Source: Candidatus Zixiibacteriota bacterium
Lineage (GTDB): Bacteria > Zixibacteria > MSB-5A5 > GN15 > FEB-12
Direction: 5' to 3'
DNA: 24,343 nt
Assembly: GCA_041742355.1 (NCBI GenBank)
Contig: JBGSIV010000180.1
Span: forward strand, 1 to 24,343
The notes beneath the pieces were generated by a model. The model searched no databases. It was not told the DNA's origin and saw nothing but the letters and a program-made list of their open reading frames with translations. The translations under genes were made by a program, and so were the position numbers. Below are positions 1-8,828 of this stretch, piece after piece; the stretch's first letter is position 1; every line of letters starts with the position of its first letter.

Positions 1-2
1 CC

Positions 3-74
3 AGCGGGATTTACCTGTACCGCCTCGAAGCGGGCAGCTTCTCGCAGACTAAAAAGATGGTCCTGCTGAAGTAG
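3..74 (+). CDS. 3' end (partial) of a secreted protein with FlgD-Ig / T9SS type A-like C-terminal sorting domain
   Basis: Frame from nt 3 reads SGIYLYRLEAGSFSQTKKMVLLK-stop (TAG 72-74). This is nearly the same tail as the 936-aa protein at 8952..11762 (SGIYYYRV...RKMVLLK). It is not in the ORF track because the window edge truncates it. Confidence 0.85.
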   Translation, partial: SGIYLYRLEAGSFSQTKKMVLLK

Positions 75-99
75 TTCAGCACCACCTTGGTCCTTACCT

Positions 100-125
100 T
101 CAGAGCCCCCCCACGGGGGCTCTGA
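100..125 (+). terminator. GC-rich hairpin, probable intrinsic terminator
   Basis: TCAGAGCCCCC-ccac-GGGGGCTCTGA, a perfect 11-bp stem 25 nt after the stop codon; weak U-tract. Confidence 0.6.
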
Positions 126-365
126 TCGTTACGGGCAGAATCGTACATGGACTCAAAGGGACAGATTCCCTGGATTGGCGTCCCCCGGCTCTTCCCCAAC
201 CCTCTCCTCCGGCCCCAGTATTTATTCCATGCCCGGGTCCAAACCCGTTGACTTTGAGTCCCCTTTTTGGTATTAATCAATTTCGCGATTTTTCCGGGTT
301 ACCCGGTCGCGACCTGAAAAGATGATTGAGAATCTTTGAATCAATAGAGGTTTGGAGGATACCCG

Positions 366-2447
366 GTGAAGGAATATCCAACTGACAAAATCCGTAATAT
401 CTGCCTGGCGGGGCAGCGGGGATGCGGCAAAACCAGCCTGGCCGACGCCGTGGCCTACGCCAGCGGCGTGAACAACCGCATCGGCCGGGTTGACGACGGT
501 TCCTCGCTGCTGGATTACACCGACAGCGAAATGGCCCGCCGAACCTCCCTGCAGCTCAAGCTGCTCGCGGCGCCGTGGAGAGACTGCAAAATCAACCTGT
601 TCGATGCCCCCGGGCACCTCGATTTCACCGGCGAATACCTCGCCGCCGCCAAGGCGTCCGACGCCGTCTGCTTCGTGGTGAACGCCACCTCGGGCGTCGA
701 GGTTGGCACCCAGCTGCACTGGCGTTCCGTAGCCGACTATCCGCTCGCCCGCTTCCTGTTCGTCAATAAGATCGAAATCGAAAACGCCAAGTGGCAGACC
801 ACGATCGATTCGATCCAGAACGTCTTCGGAACCCATGCCGTGCCGGTCGCGATTCCAATCGGCGAGGCGGACAAATTCCGCGGCGTGATCGATCTCCTCC
901 ACATGAAGGCGTACGAGTTCACGGCCGACGGATCGTCCAAGGAAATCGAAATTCCGGCCGATCTGAAAGATACCGCTCAGGCAGAGCGCGAGGCCCTGAT
1001 TGAGGTCGCAGCCGAAGCAAGTGATGCCCTGATGGAGAAGTTTTTCGACCAGGGGACCCTGCCCGATGAGGATGTCCGCAACGGCCTCCGCAACGGCATC
1101 GCCCAGGGAAAGCTCTATCCCATCCTGGTCGGAGCGGGCGGCAAGAATTGGGGCGTTTCCACGCTCCTGGACTTCATGGTCGAATACCTCCCCTCCCCGA
1201 ATCAGATGCCCCCGGTCAAAGCCAAGCGCAGCGGTCGCGATGAAGCTGTTACCGTGCCCTGTGATCCGAATGCGCCACCGGTCCTGTTTGTCTTCAAGAC
1301 GATTACCGAAGGCCACCTCGGCGAACTGGCCCTGTTCCGGATGTACTCCGGAAGCCTGACTTCCGGTATGGACCTGACCAACCAGCGCACGAGCAACGGC
1401 GAACGGGCCTCCCAGCTCTACACCCAGCAGGGCAAGAACCGTACCGAGATCAGCAAGATAGTCGCCGGAGATATCGGCATGCTGGTTAAGCTCAAAAACA
1501 CGAGCACCAATGACACTCTCGCCGGCGGCAACCTCCAGGTCGAGATGCTGCCGATCAAGTACCCCAACCCGGTTATGGATGTCGCCATCCAGCCGAAGTC
1601 CAAAGGGGACGAGGAAAAAATCGGTATGGGCCTGGCCAAGCTCAACCAGGAAGACCCGACGTTCCGCCTCATCCACGACGGCGCGCTCAAGCAGATGGTC
1701 ATCGTTGGCCAGGGTGCCACTCACATTGAGCTCCTGACAGAAAAACTTAAGAAGCGCTACGGCGTTGATGTCGAACTGGTCCGGCCGAAGATTCCCTACC
1801 GCGAGACAATCCGAGGGAAATCCGAGACCCAGTACCGCCACAAGAAACAATCGGGTGGCCGTGGTCAGTTTGCCGATGTCCACCTGCGCCTTGAGCCGAA
1901 TGAACGCGGTAAGGGTTTCGAGTTCCTTGATGAAATCAAGGGCGGTGTGATCCCCGGTAAGTTCATTCCGGCCATCGAAAAGGGCGTCACCGAAGCCCTG
2001 GCGCATGGTGGTCTGGCTGACTCCCAGGTGGTCGATGTCCGCGTCGCCGTCTTTTACGGCTCCTACCACGAAGTCGACTCCTCCGATATGGCCTTCAAGA
2101 TCGCCGGACTGATGGCCTTCAAGGAGGGTTTCATGCAGGCCAAACCGGTCCTGCTCGAACCGATCTACAGCGTCGAAATCCTCGTGCCGGACGAATTCAC
2201 CGGCGACGTCATGGGCGACCTTTCGTCGCGCCGTGGCAAGATCGCGGGCATGGATCCGGAGGGGCCTAATCAGCGCATTCGCGCACAGGTGCCGCAGGCC
2301 GAAATGTACCAGTACTCGGTCGACCTGCGCTCGATGACCCAGGGTCAGGGCGTCTACACGATGGAATTCTCCCATTATGAGGATATCCCGCACGAAGCCG
2401 CACAGAAAGTGATCGAGGAGGCCAAGGCGGCCAAACAGGAAGCTTAG
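366..2447 (+). CDS. fusA: Elongation factor G-like GTPase (divergent EF-G paralog, EF-G2 type), 693 aa
   Basis: KIRNICL-AGQRGCGKTSL (G1), DAPGHLDF (G3), NKIE (G4); domain IV/V motifs HKKQSGGRGQFADV, GSYHEVDSSDMAF, LLEPI, DLRSMTQGQG. GTG start with GGAGGA SD at 354-359. Confidence 0.93.
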   Translation: MKEYPTDKIRNICLAGQRGCGKTSLADAVAYASGVNNRIGRVDDGSSLLDYTDSEMARRTSLQLKLLAAPWRDCKINLFDAPGHLDFTGEYLAAAKASDAVCFVVNATSGVEVGTQLHWRSVADYPLARFLFVNKIEIENAKWQTTIDSIQNVFGTHAVPVAIPIGEADKFRGVIDLLHMKAYEFTADGSSKEIEIPADLKDTAQAEREALIEVAAEASDALMEKFFDQGTLPDEDVRNGLRNGIAQGKLYPILVGAGGKNWGVSTLLDFMVEYLPSPNQMPPVKAKRSGRDEAVTVPCDPNAPPVLFVFKTITEGHLGELALFRMYSGSLTSGMDLTNQRTSNGERASQLYTQQGKNRTEISKIVAGDIGMLVKLKNTSTNDTLAGGNLQVEMLPIKYPNPVMDVAIQPKSKGDEEKIGMGLAKLNQEDPTFRLIHDGALKQMVIVGQGATHIELLTEKLKKRYGVDVELVRPKIPYRETIRGKSETQYRHKKQSGGRGQFADVHLRLEPNERGKGFEFLDEIKGGVIPGKFIPAIEKGVTEALAHGGLADSQVVDVRVAVFYGSYHEVDSSDMAFKIAGLMAFKEGFMQAKPVLLEPIYSVEILVPDEFTGDVMGDLSSRRGKIAGMDPEGPNQRIRAQVPQAEMYQYSVDLRSMTQGQGVYTMEFSHYEDIPHEAAQKVIEEAKAAKQEA

Positions 2448-2481
2448 CCACCCGATCATCTATTGCTCATCTTGAATCTTC

Positions 2482-2514
2482 AGACGGCCCCGAATTCTTT
2501 TTGGGGCCGTTTTT
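2482..2514 (+). terminator. Rho-independent terminator after the EF-G gene
   Basis: ACGGCCCC...GGGGCCGT stem followed by TTTT. Confidence 0.75.
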
Positions 2515-2593
2515 CTATCGGCCGGTTTCCGCCGAACGCGAACCGCGTGTGCCTGTCAGTATCACATTACGCTGCTTTCCCGAACATTTGGCG

Positions 2594-2622
2594 TTGACAA
2601 CTGAACAGATGGGCACTAATGT
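2594..2622 (+). promoter_or_regulatory. Sigma70-type promoter of lexA
   Basis: TTGACA (2594-2599), 17 nt spacer, TAATGT (2617-2622). Confidence 0.6.
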
Positions 2623-2639
2623 GGTTATAACGCGCAGAT

Positions 2640-3272
2640 ATGAGGACCAAGAACGCTATGAAAGCTGAACTAACCGACAAGCAACGGGCGATTCTGGAGT
2701 ACATAGAGGGCCAGCTCACGGCCAATGGTCATCCACCGACCATTCGTGAAATCGGCCTGAAGTTCGGCATCCGTTCCACCAACGGCGTGCGAACCCACCT
2801 GACCGCTCTCATCAAGAAGGGCTACCTTCGGAAAGAACGCAATATCTCCCGCGGCCTCGGCCTCACCCGGAACGTTGCCACCAACATCCTCCGTGTGCCG
2901 CTGGTCGGCGCTGTACCGGCCGGTGTGCCTATCGATGCGACTGAGAATATCGAAGGGGAAATCGCGGTCGATGCCTCTTTCCTGCCCAAGGGGGACTCCT
3001 TTTCCCTCCGGGTGGTCGGAAATTCCATGCGTAACGCCGGCATTCTCGATGGCGACCTGGTGCTCGTGAAGAAACAGCGCATCGCCCAAGCCGGGGAAAT
3101 AGTTGTCGCGATCATCGGAGGCGAAGCCACGGTGAAACGCTACTTCCCGGAAGGCACACGCATCCGTCTCCAGCCGGAGAACGACGATTTCGAGCCGATA
3201 TACGTGGACAGGAAGTCCGACGAGTTTCGCATCGCCGGCAAAGTGATCGGATTGATGCGCCGGCTCGGATAA
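2640..3272 (+). CDS. lexA: SOS repressor LexA (start may be ATG 2658)
   Basis: N-terminal wHTH (LTDKQRAILEYI...PPTIREIG), Ala-Gly cleavage site (VPAG), catalytic Ser (GNSM) and Lys (ATVKR), C-terminal IAGKVIGLMR. Confidence 0.96.
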   Translation: MRTKNAMKAELTDKQRAILEYIEGQLTANGHPPTIREIGLKFGIRSTNGVRTHLTALIKKGYLRKERNISRGLGLTRNVATNILRVPLVGAVPAGVPIDATENIEGEIAVDASFLPKGDSFSLRVVGNSMRNAGILDGDLVLVKKQRIAQAGEIVVAIIGGEATVKRYFPEGTRIRLQPENDDFEPIYVDRKSDEFRIAGKVIGLMRRLG

Positions 3273-3296
3273 GACTTTGGCCCGATGACGACTATG

Positions 3297-3325
3297 AAAA
3301 AGGCCTGCCGCACGGCAGGCCTTTC
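3297..3325. terminator. Bidirectional intrinsic terminator between convergent lexA and yceI
   Basis: AAAGGCCTGCCG-ca-CGGCAGGCCTTT perfect inverted repeat, with an A-tract on the left and a T-tract on the right. Confidence 0.8.
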
Positions 3326-3349
3326 CTATGTCTGAATCCGGGAGGCCGA

Positions 3350-3970
3350 TTACCCCTGCTGCGCCTCCGGCTTGGCCTGGACTACCGCGAGTTCGATGAT
3401 GATATCAACATTGTCGCTGACTACCAGACCGCCGTTGTCCAGAGCCTTGCTCCACGACACGCCGAAATCCTGACGGTTGATCGATCCGCGAGCCGAAAAA
3501 CCAGCCTTGGTGTTGCCGCGGGGGTCTGTGACCACGCCGTTGAACTCGCCGTCAAAGGTGACCTCCTTGGTCACGCCGCGCATGGTGAGATTGCCGACCA
3601 GCTGAAACTTGCCGCCATCGAGAGGCACGACTTTAGTCGACGTGAACGTGAGCTCCGGGTGCGCGGCAGCGTCGAAAAAGTCAGCGCTCTTCAGGTGCTC
3701 GTCCCGATTTTCATTCTCGGTGTTGATCGAGGCGGTCTGCACCGTCATCGATACCTGAGCCTTCGCCAGGTCGATCTGCCCATCTGCCGTCGGCTCGGCC
3801 TGGACGGTGCCGGTGAAGTCCGTGAAGGTCCCGGGTACTTTTGACACCACCATATGCCGCACCTGGAAACCTATCGATGAGTGGGTACGGTCAATTTTCC
3901 ACTCGGCCGCCGAAACGGCGCCGGCGGCGATAACGAGAGCAGCCAATGATAGCGAAAGTCGCTTGAGCAT
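3350..3970 (-). CDS. yceI: YceI-family periplasmic polyisoprenoid-binding protein, 206 aa, signal peptide
   Basis: WKIDRTHSSIGFQVRH, RDEHLKSADFFD, GNLTMRGVTKEV, INRQDFG. ATG at 3970 is preceded by AGGAGG and followed by a hydrophobic signal peptide ending AVSA. Confidence 0.92.
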   Translation of the reverse strand: MLKRLSLSLAALVIAAGAVSAAEWKIDRTHSSIGFQVRHMVVSKVPGTFTDFTGTVQAEPTADGQIDLAKAQVSMTVQTASINTENENRDEHLKSADFFDAAAHPELTFTSTKVVPLDGGKFQLVGNLTMRGVTKEVTFDGEFNGVVTDPRGNTKAGFSARGSINRQDFGVSWSKALDNGGLVVSDNVDIIIELAVVQAKPEAQQG

Positions 3971-4076
3971 GACAATTCCTCCTGTTGGTGAATTCCTGTT
4001 TGACATGCTCGTTGTAACACGTCGGCAGTCTGTCGGTTCCGGATAAAATTAGACCACGAAACGGTCCTTCGACCGA

Positions 4077-4463
4077 TCAGATCGCCCGGTTCACTGCCAC
4101 TAGCAACCCGCCGGTGATAAACGCCAGCACCCACCAGACGTACGCAACCCGCGAATAGAGGTGCAGGCCACGCCCGACCGGTGCGTCACCGTTGGCGAGA
4201 CGGTGTCGCCACAGGAGAACCGTGTCCGTCAGCATGGCCGCAAGCGACGAATATCCGAGGAGGCCGTGCAGCGTGTACCAGGGATTGGTCGAGCCGAGAA
4301 TCATGCAGATTGTCGCCGTGATGTCGCAGAGCGCGCCGATCGTCAGGGCGGTCAGGACGAACCGCGTGACCCGGTGCTTCCGCTGTTCGGTGATTATGCC
4401 GAGACTGTAGCACAGAAGCGCCACGATGACAATGCTCGTCCCGGCAATGAGTATCGGTTGCAT
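4077..4463 (-). CDS. Four-TM membrane protein, HsmA/TIGR03987-like, 128 aa
   Basis: Four hydrophobic segments with the pattern ALLCYSLG..E, G.LCD.TAT..M, LHGLLG, LH.YS..AY..W. This matches my recollection of the TIGR03987/HsmA family and has not been verified by search. Confidence 0.6.
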   Translation of the reverse strand: MQPILIAGTSIVIVALLCYSLGIITEQRKHRVTRFVLTALTIGALCDITATICMILGSTNPWYTLHGLLGYSSLAAMLTDTVLLWRHRLANGDAPVGRGLHLYSRVAYVWWVLAFITGGLLVAVNRAI

Positions 4464-4542
4464 AGGTCGTTGTAGCCTTCAAAGGGGTTGATTCCGGCGA
4501 CCAAGATACAAGGCTATCCTTGGAGAGGCAATGGAAATTCAA

Positions 4543-5142
4543 CTACCCCTGCGGTCCCGGCTCCGCGTTCTTCCCCCGCCGCTGTCTGACCACCTCGAAC
4601 AGACACACGCCGGCCGCGACCGAAACGTTGAGGTTCTCGACATGCCCCAGCATGGGAATCTTGACCAGAAAGTCACACGACTCCGCGATCAGCCGCCGCA
4701 TCCCCTTCCCCTCGCTCCCCATCACGAGCGCCACCGGTATGGTCAGGTCGACATCATACACGACGCGGGAGGTTGCGTGAGTTGTCCCGACCACCCAGAT
4801 TCCCTCCTCCTTTAACTGCTCGATGGTTCGCGCTAGGTTGGTGACCGCCGCCACCCGAATGTGCTCGGCTGCACCGCTGGCGACGTGACGCACGGTTTCC
4901 GTCAGCCCCACTGCCCGGTCCTTCGGTACCACCACCGCATGCACCCCTGCCGCATCCGCCGACCGGAGGCAGGCTCCTAAGTTGTGCGGATCGGTGACCG
5001 AATCAAGGACGAGCAGGAAAGCCGGCTCCGTCAGACGGTCGATCAGGGCCATCAGATCGTTCTCATCAAGCATGCCCGTCTGTACAGCGTAATCGGTATG
5101 TTTATGACGGCGCCGCTCGGAGCCGAAACGTTCTCTCGGCAT
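4543..5142 (-). CDS. rlmB: SPOUT (SpoU/TrmH) RNA 2'-O-methyltransferase, RlmB-like, 199 aa
   Basis: [61 protein letters not shown] strong SD (GAGGAGGT) lies upstream of ATG 5142. Confidence 0.85.
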   Translation of the reverse strand: MPRERFGSERRRHKHTDYAVQTGMLDENDLMALIDRLTEPAFLLVLDSVTDPHNLGACLRSADAAGVHAVVVPKDRAVGLTETVRHVASGAAEHIRVAAVTNLARTIEQLKEEGIWVVGTTHATSRVVYDVDLTIPVALVMGSEGKGMRRLIAESCDFLVKIPMLGHVENLNVSVAAGVCLFEVVRQRRGKNAEPGPQG

Positions 5143-5226
5143 TCGCTTTACCTCCTCTATTCAGACGGAAGTATACGAGAAATGGCCCGGCCGGCAAATG
5201 TCAAAAGAAGGGCCCCGAATGCGATC

Positions 5227-7047
5227 TCACGCCGGCCTCTCCCCCTGCCATTGGTCCCCGGGCCGAACAAGGCTGACCAGACTGTCCCCCCGCCGAATCG
5301 ACGGCGGATCATTGGCCGTAACCACCCGCAGCTCCCGATATGGCGTAATGACAAACAGCGGCAGCGCTTCATCCCCATACCGCTTCCAGAACTGGTCCAT
5401 GGTGAAGTCTTCGGTTATCCTGGTTCGCTTCACGACCGCCCCCTGCGCCTGCCGGAGTTCCATCTGGCGGTGCGATGATTTTGGGCCGAAGAGCAGGCGC
5501 CCCCGAAGGTGGGAGGGCATATCGTCCTGGATCTGCTCCCGCTCCCTGGCGGGCTCGGGCAACAACTGGTATACCGCCGAACGCCCGAGAATCTCGGCGA
5601 AGCTGATTGCGGCCAGCGAATTGACTTCGTCGTTCGGCGTAACCGCCACGAACGAACCGATGTCTTCCAGTGAAATGCCGGCGACAAAATCCTCGGACAA
5701 CAGATTCCCGTAGTGGGCCGTCAGTCCCGCCTGTCGTGCGGCGGTTACGTTCACCCAGTTGGAATCGACCAGCGCCACAGGGATCCCCTCAGCTGCCAGC
5801 GTTTGGGCCACCTCACGGACCCACGGTTGGGCCCCGCCAAACAGCACACCTTGCGGATTCGGCTTCGCGATTCCCAGCCGTCGCGCCAGGAGCGGCACCG
5901 TGATCCCATACACCATGACTGTCACAAAGATGATTTTGAACATCAGCGGCACCAGGCGGTCCACTCCTTCGATACCGGTTTCCTCGAGGCGCAGCGCAAA
6001 GACCGAGACCACCGCCGCTGCAACAATCCCCCTGGGCGCCAGCCACGAGAGGAACACCCGCCCCGCCGTGGATACGCCCGCACCAATTGTCGCAGCGAAT
6101 ATCGCTGCCGGACGAATCACCAGGATCAGTAGCGCGATATAGACCCACTCCTGCCAGTTGCCGAGCTGGAGATTTTCCACCGGAAGGCGCGCCGCAAGGA
6201 TGATAAACAGGCTCGCAATCAGCAGCACCTGGAGGGATTCCTTGAACTCGCTGAGGTGGCGGATCGATGTATAGCGCTGATTGGCCAGCGCCACCCCCAT
6301 GACCGTCACCGCCAGCAACCCCGATTCCGACTGTATCGCGTTCGAGGCCACGAAGACGATCACCACAAGCATCGTCGCCATCGGATTCTGCAGAAAATCG
6401 GGAATCAGGTACCGCCGCAGCAGGATCACGATGAGCGCCGCACCTACCAGGCCCAGGAGCGAGCCGAGAACGAGCGCCTTCATCACCCCGACCGCCAGAA
6501 CCGATGATACCTCCCCCGATCCCGACACGATGATCTCATACGTGAGCACCGCCAGAATCGCACCGATCGGGTCGTTGACAATCCCCTCCCACTTGGCCAC
6601 CGAGCCGAGCATCCCCACCGGCCTGACCTGCCGCAGGAGCGGAATGATCACGGTCGGGCCGGTCACCGTGAGCACCGCCCCGAGGAGCACCGCGATCTGA
6701 CGATTGAAACCCATGATGTGGTAAGCTCCGAGCGCCGCCAGCACCCAGGTAATGATGATGCCGAAACTGGTCAGACGCGCAACCAGCGGCCCCCCCTCCT
6801 GCAGCTCGCGGAATTTGAGCCTAAGGCTCCCTTCAAACAGGATCAGCGCCACAGATACCGAGATGACCGGGAACAAGAGCTCCCCAAAGACCTCATCCGG
6901 ATTCAGAATCCCCGCCACCGGTCCGGCCGCGATCCCGAAAATCAGCAGTACCAGGATCGCCGGGAGACTCAGCCGCCACGCCAGCCACTGAGCGAAAATG
7001 CCCAGCACGATAATGCTGACAAACCCGATGAGGATGTGTTCGGACAT
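5227..7047 (-). CDS. CPA1/NhaP-type cation:proton antiporter with C-terminal RCK/TrkA_N-like domain, 606 aa
   Basis: About 12-13 TM segments; ILFEG, VTGPTV, EGIVNDPIG, APRGIVAAAV. Cytoplasmic tail with VALVDSN...VAVTPNDEVN. SD AAGGAGG. Confidence 0.88.
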   Translation of the reverse strand: MSEHILIGFVSIIVLGIFAQWLAWRLSLPAILVLLIFGIAAGPVAGILNPDEVFGELLFPVISVSVALILFEGSLRLKFRELQEGGPLVARLTSFGIIITWVLAALGAYHIMGFNRQIAVLLGAVLTVTGPTVIIPLLRQVRPVGMLGSVAKWEGIVNDPIGAILAVLTYEIIVSGSGEVSSVLAVGVMKALVLGSLLGLVGAALIVILLRRYLIPDFLQNPMATMLVVIVFVASNAIQSESGLLAVTVMGVALANQRYTSIRHLSEFKESLQVLLIASLFIILAARLPVENLQLGNWQEWVYIALLILVIRPAAIFAATIGAGVSTAGRVFLSWLAPRGIVAAAVVSVFALRLEETGIEGVDRLVPLMFKIIFVTVMVYGITVPLLARRLGIAKPNPQGVLFGGAQPWVREVAQTLAAEGIPVALVDSNWVNVTAARQAGLTAHYGNLLSEDFVAGISLEDIGSFVAVTPNDEVNSLAAISFAEILGRSAVYQLLPEPAREREQIQDDMPSHLRGRLLFGPKSSHRQMELRQAQGAVVKRTRITEDFTMDQFWKRYGDEALPLFVITPYRELRVVTANDPPSIRRGDSLVSLVRPGDQWQGERPA

Positions 7048-7158
7048 GGCGCCTCCTTTTCGCTTCAGTCCGGCGAAACGCGGCCGTCGGTTAGGCTGTC
7101 ACCGCAGTCACGTCCGGTCCGACGCCGTGAGAGGACAAGGTGCTGCCGCCCCGATCGC

Positions 7159-8601
7159 TTACCGACCCAGGCAGCGCATGAGGTAGTCGATCAATTGCCC
7201 TCGCGGAATCGTTTCCTGGATCTCTTCCGCTTTGAGCCACTGCTCGCGGTCCTGAACCTGCTGGGCCTTGACCCGCCCCGCCTCAAGGTTCTTCACCGTG
7301 ACCAATGACTGCTCAAACTCCTCCGACCCAACAATCACCGCCAGCCGGATCCCTACTTTATCCGCGTATTTGATCTGTTTGGTCAGGTTGCGCGTATCGC
7401 CGGAGTATACCTCCGCCGGTATCCCCGCCGCCCGGATCTCGTGCAGCATCTCCAGGTACTGCGGCAGTTTGTCCTGATCCATTGTCGTGACAATCACCTG
7501 CGAGGTCGCCTGCTGCAAATCAAGGGCCTGCAATTTCAACAACGCCGCCAACAGGCGGTCGATCCCGATCGACGCCCCTACCCCGGAGATATTTTGATTG
7601 ATGAACCGCTCCACCAGATTGTCGTAGCGGCCGCCCGAAAATACCGAGCCGTACTCGGGCAGATCCAACAGCGTCGTCTCGAAGACCGGACCGGTGTAGT
7701 AACCCAGTCCCCGCACGATCGTCAGGTCAATCCCCGTCTTGCTCCGGTCCACCTGCATGGCCGAGAGGTAGCTTTCAATCGCTCGCAACTCCTCGATTCC
7801 CTCCTGCGAGGCCGGAATATCGCCGAGCAGACGTTCGGCCTCGGGCAACTGATCCCGATCGTGCACCAGCGCGACATCGAGGAACTTCTCGATCTGCGCG
7901 ATCCGGTTGTCGGACAGGTTCAGGCCGGGGATCTTGTCCCCCGAGGAATCGGTCCGACCGGGACCCAATTCCAAGATCACCGCTTCCCGCCCCTGCTTTT
8001 CGAGCTTGTCGATGACCCGCATGACATCCGGCCCGACAGCATCGGGAATACCCGCGAAGTGCACCAGGCCGTTAAGCAACTTACGAGTCGAATAGCGTAC
8101 CCGGAAGTTCTTGATCCCGACATGATCCAGCGTAGTCACCATCGCGGCAATTATCTCGGCGTCGGCCAGCAAGTTCTTGGTCCCGACTATATCAATGTCA
8201 AACTGCATGAACTCCCGGAACCGTCCCGGTCCCGGCTTGTCGACCCGCCAGACATTCCCGTACTGGTAGCGGCGGAATGGCAGCGCGAGAGTCGGATTCC
8301 CCGCCACAAAACGCGCCAGCGACACGGTGAACTCGTAGCGCAGGGCCATATCGACCTCATCCGGGCCGTGAAATCCAAACAGCTCGGAGAGATTGTCCCG
8401 GGTGTAATGCGAACCAAGGAGAGTCTCGGCGAATTCGAGCGATGCCGTCTGCAGCGGCAGAAAGCCCATCAGTTCAACCGCCTCGCGGCATTTGGCGAGC
8501 ATATTCTCCCGGGCGATCTGTTCTTCGGGCGGGTAGTCGCGGAAGCCTTTCAGCACCTGCGGCTTCACCTTCTGCAGCTTCTTCTTGTCCTCTTTGGCCA
8601 T
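7159..8601 (-). CDS. hisS: Histidine--tRNA ligase, 480 aa (start taken at MAKEDK, ATG 8601)
   Basis: KGFRDY, LRYEFT, motif 2 WRVDKPGPGRFREFMQFDID, VRGLGYYTG, GGRYDNL, motif 3 GASIGIDRL, C-terminal anticodon-binding domain (KQIKYADK). Confidence 0.96.
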   Translation of the reverse strand: MAKEDKKKLQKVKPQVLKGFRDYPPEEQIARENMLAKCREAVELMGFLPLQTASLEFAETLLGSHYTRDNLSELFGFHGPDEVDMALRYEFTVSLARFVAGNPTLALPFRRYQYGNVWRVDKPGPGRFREFMQFDIDIVGTKNLLADAEIIAAMVTTLDHVGIKNFRVRYSTRKLLNGLVHFAGIPDAVGPDVMRVIDKLEKQGREAVILELGPGRTDSSGDKIPGLNLSDNRIAQIEKFLDVALVHDRDQLPEAERLLGDIPASQEGIEELRAIESYLSAMQVDRSKTGIDLTIVRGLGYYTGPVFETTLLDLPEYGSVFSGGRYDNLVERFINQNISGVGASIGIDRLLAALLKLQALDLQQATSQVIVTTMDQDKLPQYLEMLHEIRAAGIPAEVYSGDTRNLTKQIKYADKVGIRLAVIVGSEEFEQSLVTVKNLEAGRVKAQQVQDREQWLKAEEIQETIPRGQLIDYLMRCLGR

Positions 8602-8828
8602 GGTCCTTCTATACTTCCGATATGGGTTCCTGCCGATGCCAGTCGTTGGGTCACGCCGCACATCTTAGACTTACTCTGCGCGACCCGGAATGTCCGACTA
8701 CTTCGGTCGGGCATTGTCGGGCTGTAATGTAGGCATTTAGCCTCGTTGTGAAAACAGTTTTTTGGCTGCTCCAGATAGACGGAACCCCCTTCCCTTTCGT
8801 CTCTTGGGCAAGGCGGCTCAAGGGCGCA

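Noticed and set aside
294..314. Overlapping palindromes CCGGGT-T-ACCCGG and GGTCGCGACC upstream of the EF-G gene
   Set aside because: Short GC-rich palindromes are expected by chance, and I recognise no operator motif.
273..2459. 728-aa antisense ORF covering the EF-G gene
   Set aside because: Mirror-frame shadow of a GC-rich, codon-biased gene; no recognisable motifs.
8602..8661. Longer hisS start at 8661; possible His leader peptide or T-box
   Set aside because: ATG 8601 has an AGAAGGA SD. No His-codon run or T-box consensus was seen.
7441..8727. 428-aa plus-strand ORF over hisS
   Set aside because: Antisense shadow of a clearly real gene.
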